From: Heterodontus francisci
Taxonomy: Eukaryota
Length of the DNA stretch: 64,000 nt
NCBI RefSeq assembly: GCF_036365525.1
Contig: NC_090382.1
Span: forward strand, 81,226,817-81,290,816
Direction: 5' to 3'
Shown one piece after another: positions 61,837-64,000 of this stretch. Below the pieces are notes generated by a model, which saw only the letters and a list, made by a program, of their open reading frames with translations, had not been told where the DNA came from and did no database searches. The translations under genes and the position numbers were made by a program. Position 1 is the stretch's first letter. Every line of letters begins with the position of its first letter.

Positions 61837-64000
61837 TTTTATTATATACAAATATAACTATTTACACTCTCCACAAGCCTATCTCGTCAGCACACCATGT
61901 GCTGCTTCTAGCTGCTTCCCAGCCTAATCCCCATGTGACTATTATATCATCATCACTACAGTAGGAGGGGTTTTACTCCCACTGTCTCAAACATTAACCC
62001 TTTCAGGCCGTTATACAACTTCTCCCCCCAAGTCTTTGTATATATATATAAAAAAATAGATAGGGACAATCATTAATTTTTACTTTATATACTATCCCAT
62101 CTTACCCCCAAGTCTCGGTCCCTCACAAATTCAGCCCATCAGGAGGCTTCATGACTCTCCCTGATCATGTTCTTATATGGTTCAGAAGATTGATAGTTTT
62201 GCTTGAAAGTCTTTTTGGATGAGTTGGATGGCCTTGACCAATGTTTGTAGTATTCTATTATCTCTGGGTTTCTTGATCATCATCTGGTTCTTCCAAATAA
62301 ATGATTGATTGTTGCTTCTGTGGAATAGGGATAATGTTTCTCCTATTTCATTGTACAGTAATGTCTGTCGAGTGTACTAGATACAATCTCTGATAATTTT
62401 AATCTTTTTGGCTGACAACACCTTCCAGTTCTAGGTCTCGCATCCATACATTCTTGCCTTCCTTTAGCTGAGGTAAGTTTCCGGTATGAAATCTTTTGTA
62501 GTATTTGTGAGCTTGTTGGTTCCTGTAGTACTTCTCTCTATCTTGCACTTTTTGGTAGTCTTTGACGTCTCGCCCCGGAAGTAGTTTTCTAGGCAAAATG
62601 GGAAGTTGGGTCTTTATCTTCCCGTCAACAGCCAGAAGGTGATAGTCCACACAACAACAGAGAAGATCGATAGTTATTCAATGCAGTTGGAAGACGTTCA
62701 TTCTTCTTCAACAATGACTTAATGGTTCTTACTCTTTTTTCGGCCTCGCCGTTGGACTGAGGATATCATTGCGACTGCATGAGATGTTCAAATCCCCATT
62801 TTCTTGCAAATTATGCGAAGTATTCATTTCTGAACCGTTGTCCTTTGTCTGCCACAACTTTATCAGAAATACCATGCGTCACAAAAGTCTCCTGCAAATT
62901 TCGGATAACAGATTCTGTTGTTGTTGAGTACAAACTTTTCACTTCAATCCATCGTGAGAAATAATCGATCACAATTATATAGAATTTTCCATTGTGGATA
63001 AATAAATCCATCCCTAACCATTCCCAGGGTCTGTTTGGAAATTTTGTTGTAATCAGAGATTCTCTGTGTTCTGGTTTATGAATTACACATACTTGGCAGC
63101 TCAGGACCATGTTTTCTATGTTTTCGGAAATTCCTGGCCACCACACAGATGACTGAGCCCATGTTCTGCACTTCATTATGCCCATGTGACTCTGATGTAG
63201 AGTTCCAAGATATCTGATGAGTGAACATGGAATGACTAGTCTGTCCTTATACACCAGCAAATAGTCAATGATTGTGAAGTATTTTTTAAATTCGTAGAAA
63301 GTTTTCATGATCTTACCACCAGGACATTCTTGAGGCCAACCATGTGTGCAGTATTTATGTATTCGACTACATTCTTCATTCTGCTTTTAGGCGCGACGAA
63401 TTTCTTGCAGTTTCTGTATATTAGCAGGCCACTGTTTTGTAGTATATTGTGAATACGACTCTATCTTGTCCACAAGTTCATGTCCTGTTCAGTCAGATGG
63501 TCTACTCTTGATAGTGCATAAGCGGAAGTTTGCATCTTTCTCTGAACATGTATGGTCTTGTACGTATAGTCTGCTTGAAAGCGACTGTTTGACTTTGGTT
63601 GTTTGACTGCATCCACGTTTTTGAGTAGATGTAGGTCTAATTATGCTTTTCTGCTTAACAGGGAAAATTCTTGGTTTTTCAAAGCATATAGGGTATCCAT
63701 GATCTCTCTTCCTTTATATTGGAGAGTTGCTTCCTCCTGGACCATACATCTATGTGTCCGCTGGTTGTAAGCAATGGCTGGTCAACCATGGCCCTTGGTC
63801 TGACAGAACTGTGACACTTGTACCTGTGTATATTTGAAATTAGTAATATGTCCATTGACATAGATGCCATCCAAAATCCTTGATATTGGTTGTTAATTTC
63901 CCTTAGGAAGTTTCCTGGTTTATCTTCGACTGGAAGTTATTCCACCTCATTCATCATTCTATGTGTGAAGACATTTGTTTTGTAACTTTGTGAGAAGAGG
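61837..64000 (-). mobile_element. Gypsy element C, 3' part (partial 3' LTR, PPT, integrase, protease; RT/RNase H largely deleted); runs off the window
   Basis: IN: LHQSHMGIMKCR..VWWPG..CQVC; RPWEWLGMDLF..IDYFSRWIEV; PQSNGEAE-like near 62740-62762. PPT reverse complement CTTCTCCCCCC near 62019. Protease remnant around 63800-63880. Confidence 0.85.

Overview
Eukaryotic, repeat-saturated, apparently intergenic or intronic DNA. It is most likely from a cartilaginous fish (shark), inferred from HE1-type V-SINEs, HER1/CR1 LINEs and a DeuSINE. No intact host protein-coding gene can be supported. The window is a nested mosaic of decayed elements: many CR1-group LINE fragments, an RTE, a 5'-truncated L1/Tx1 with a 20-bp TSD, a Penelope fragment, two sister Gypsy proviruses with LTR pairs, a Gmr1/SCAN-type Gypsy fragment, solo LTRs, a full-length decayed PIF/Harbinger transposon, several MITEs and a foldback palindrome. 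The standout is a non-autonomous Gypsy-type LTR element at about 1794-4585. Its RT/RNase H/integrase region is replaced by the C-terminal part of a Myc-family proto-oncogene (Myc box IV, NLS-like motif, bHLH-leucine zipper). The Myc segment reads in frame with the protease C-terminus once a later SINE insertion is removed, and it is followed by a PPT and an intact TGTTG...CAACA 3' LTR. This resembles retroviral gag-myc transduction, but carried out by a retrotransposon. All coordinates and alignments were read by eye; no database searches were run.
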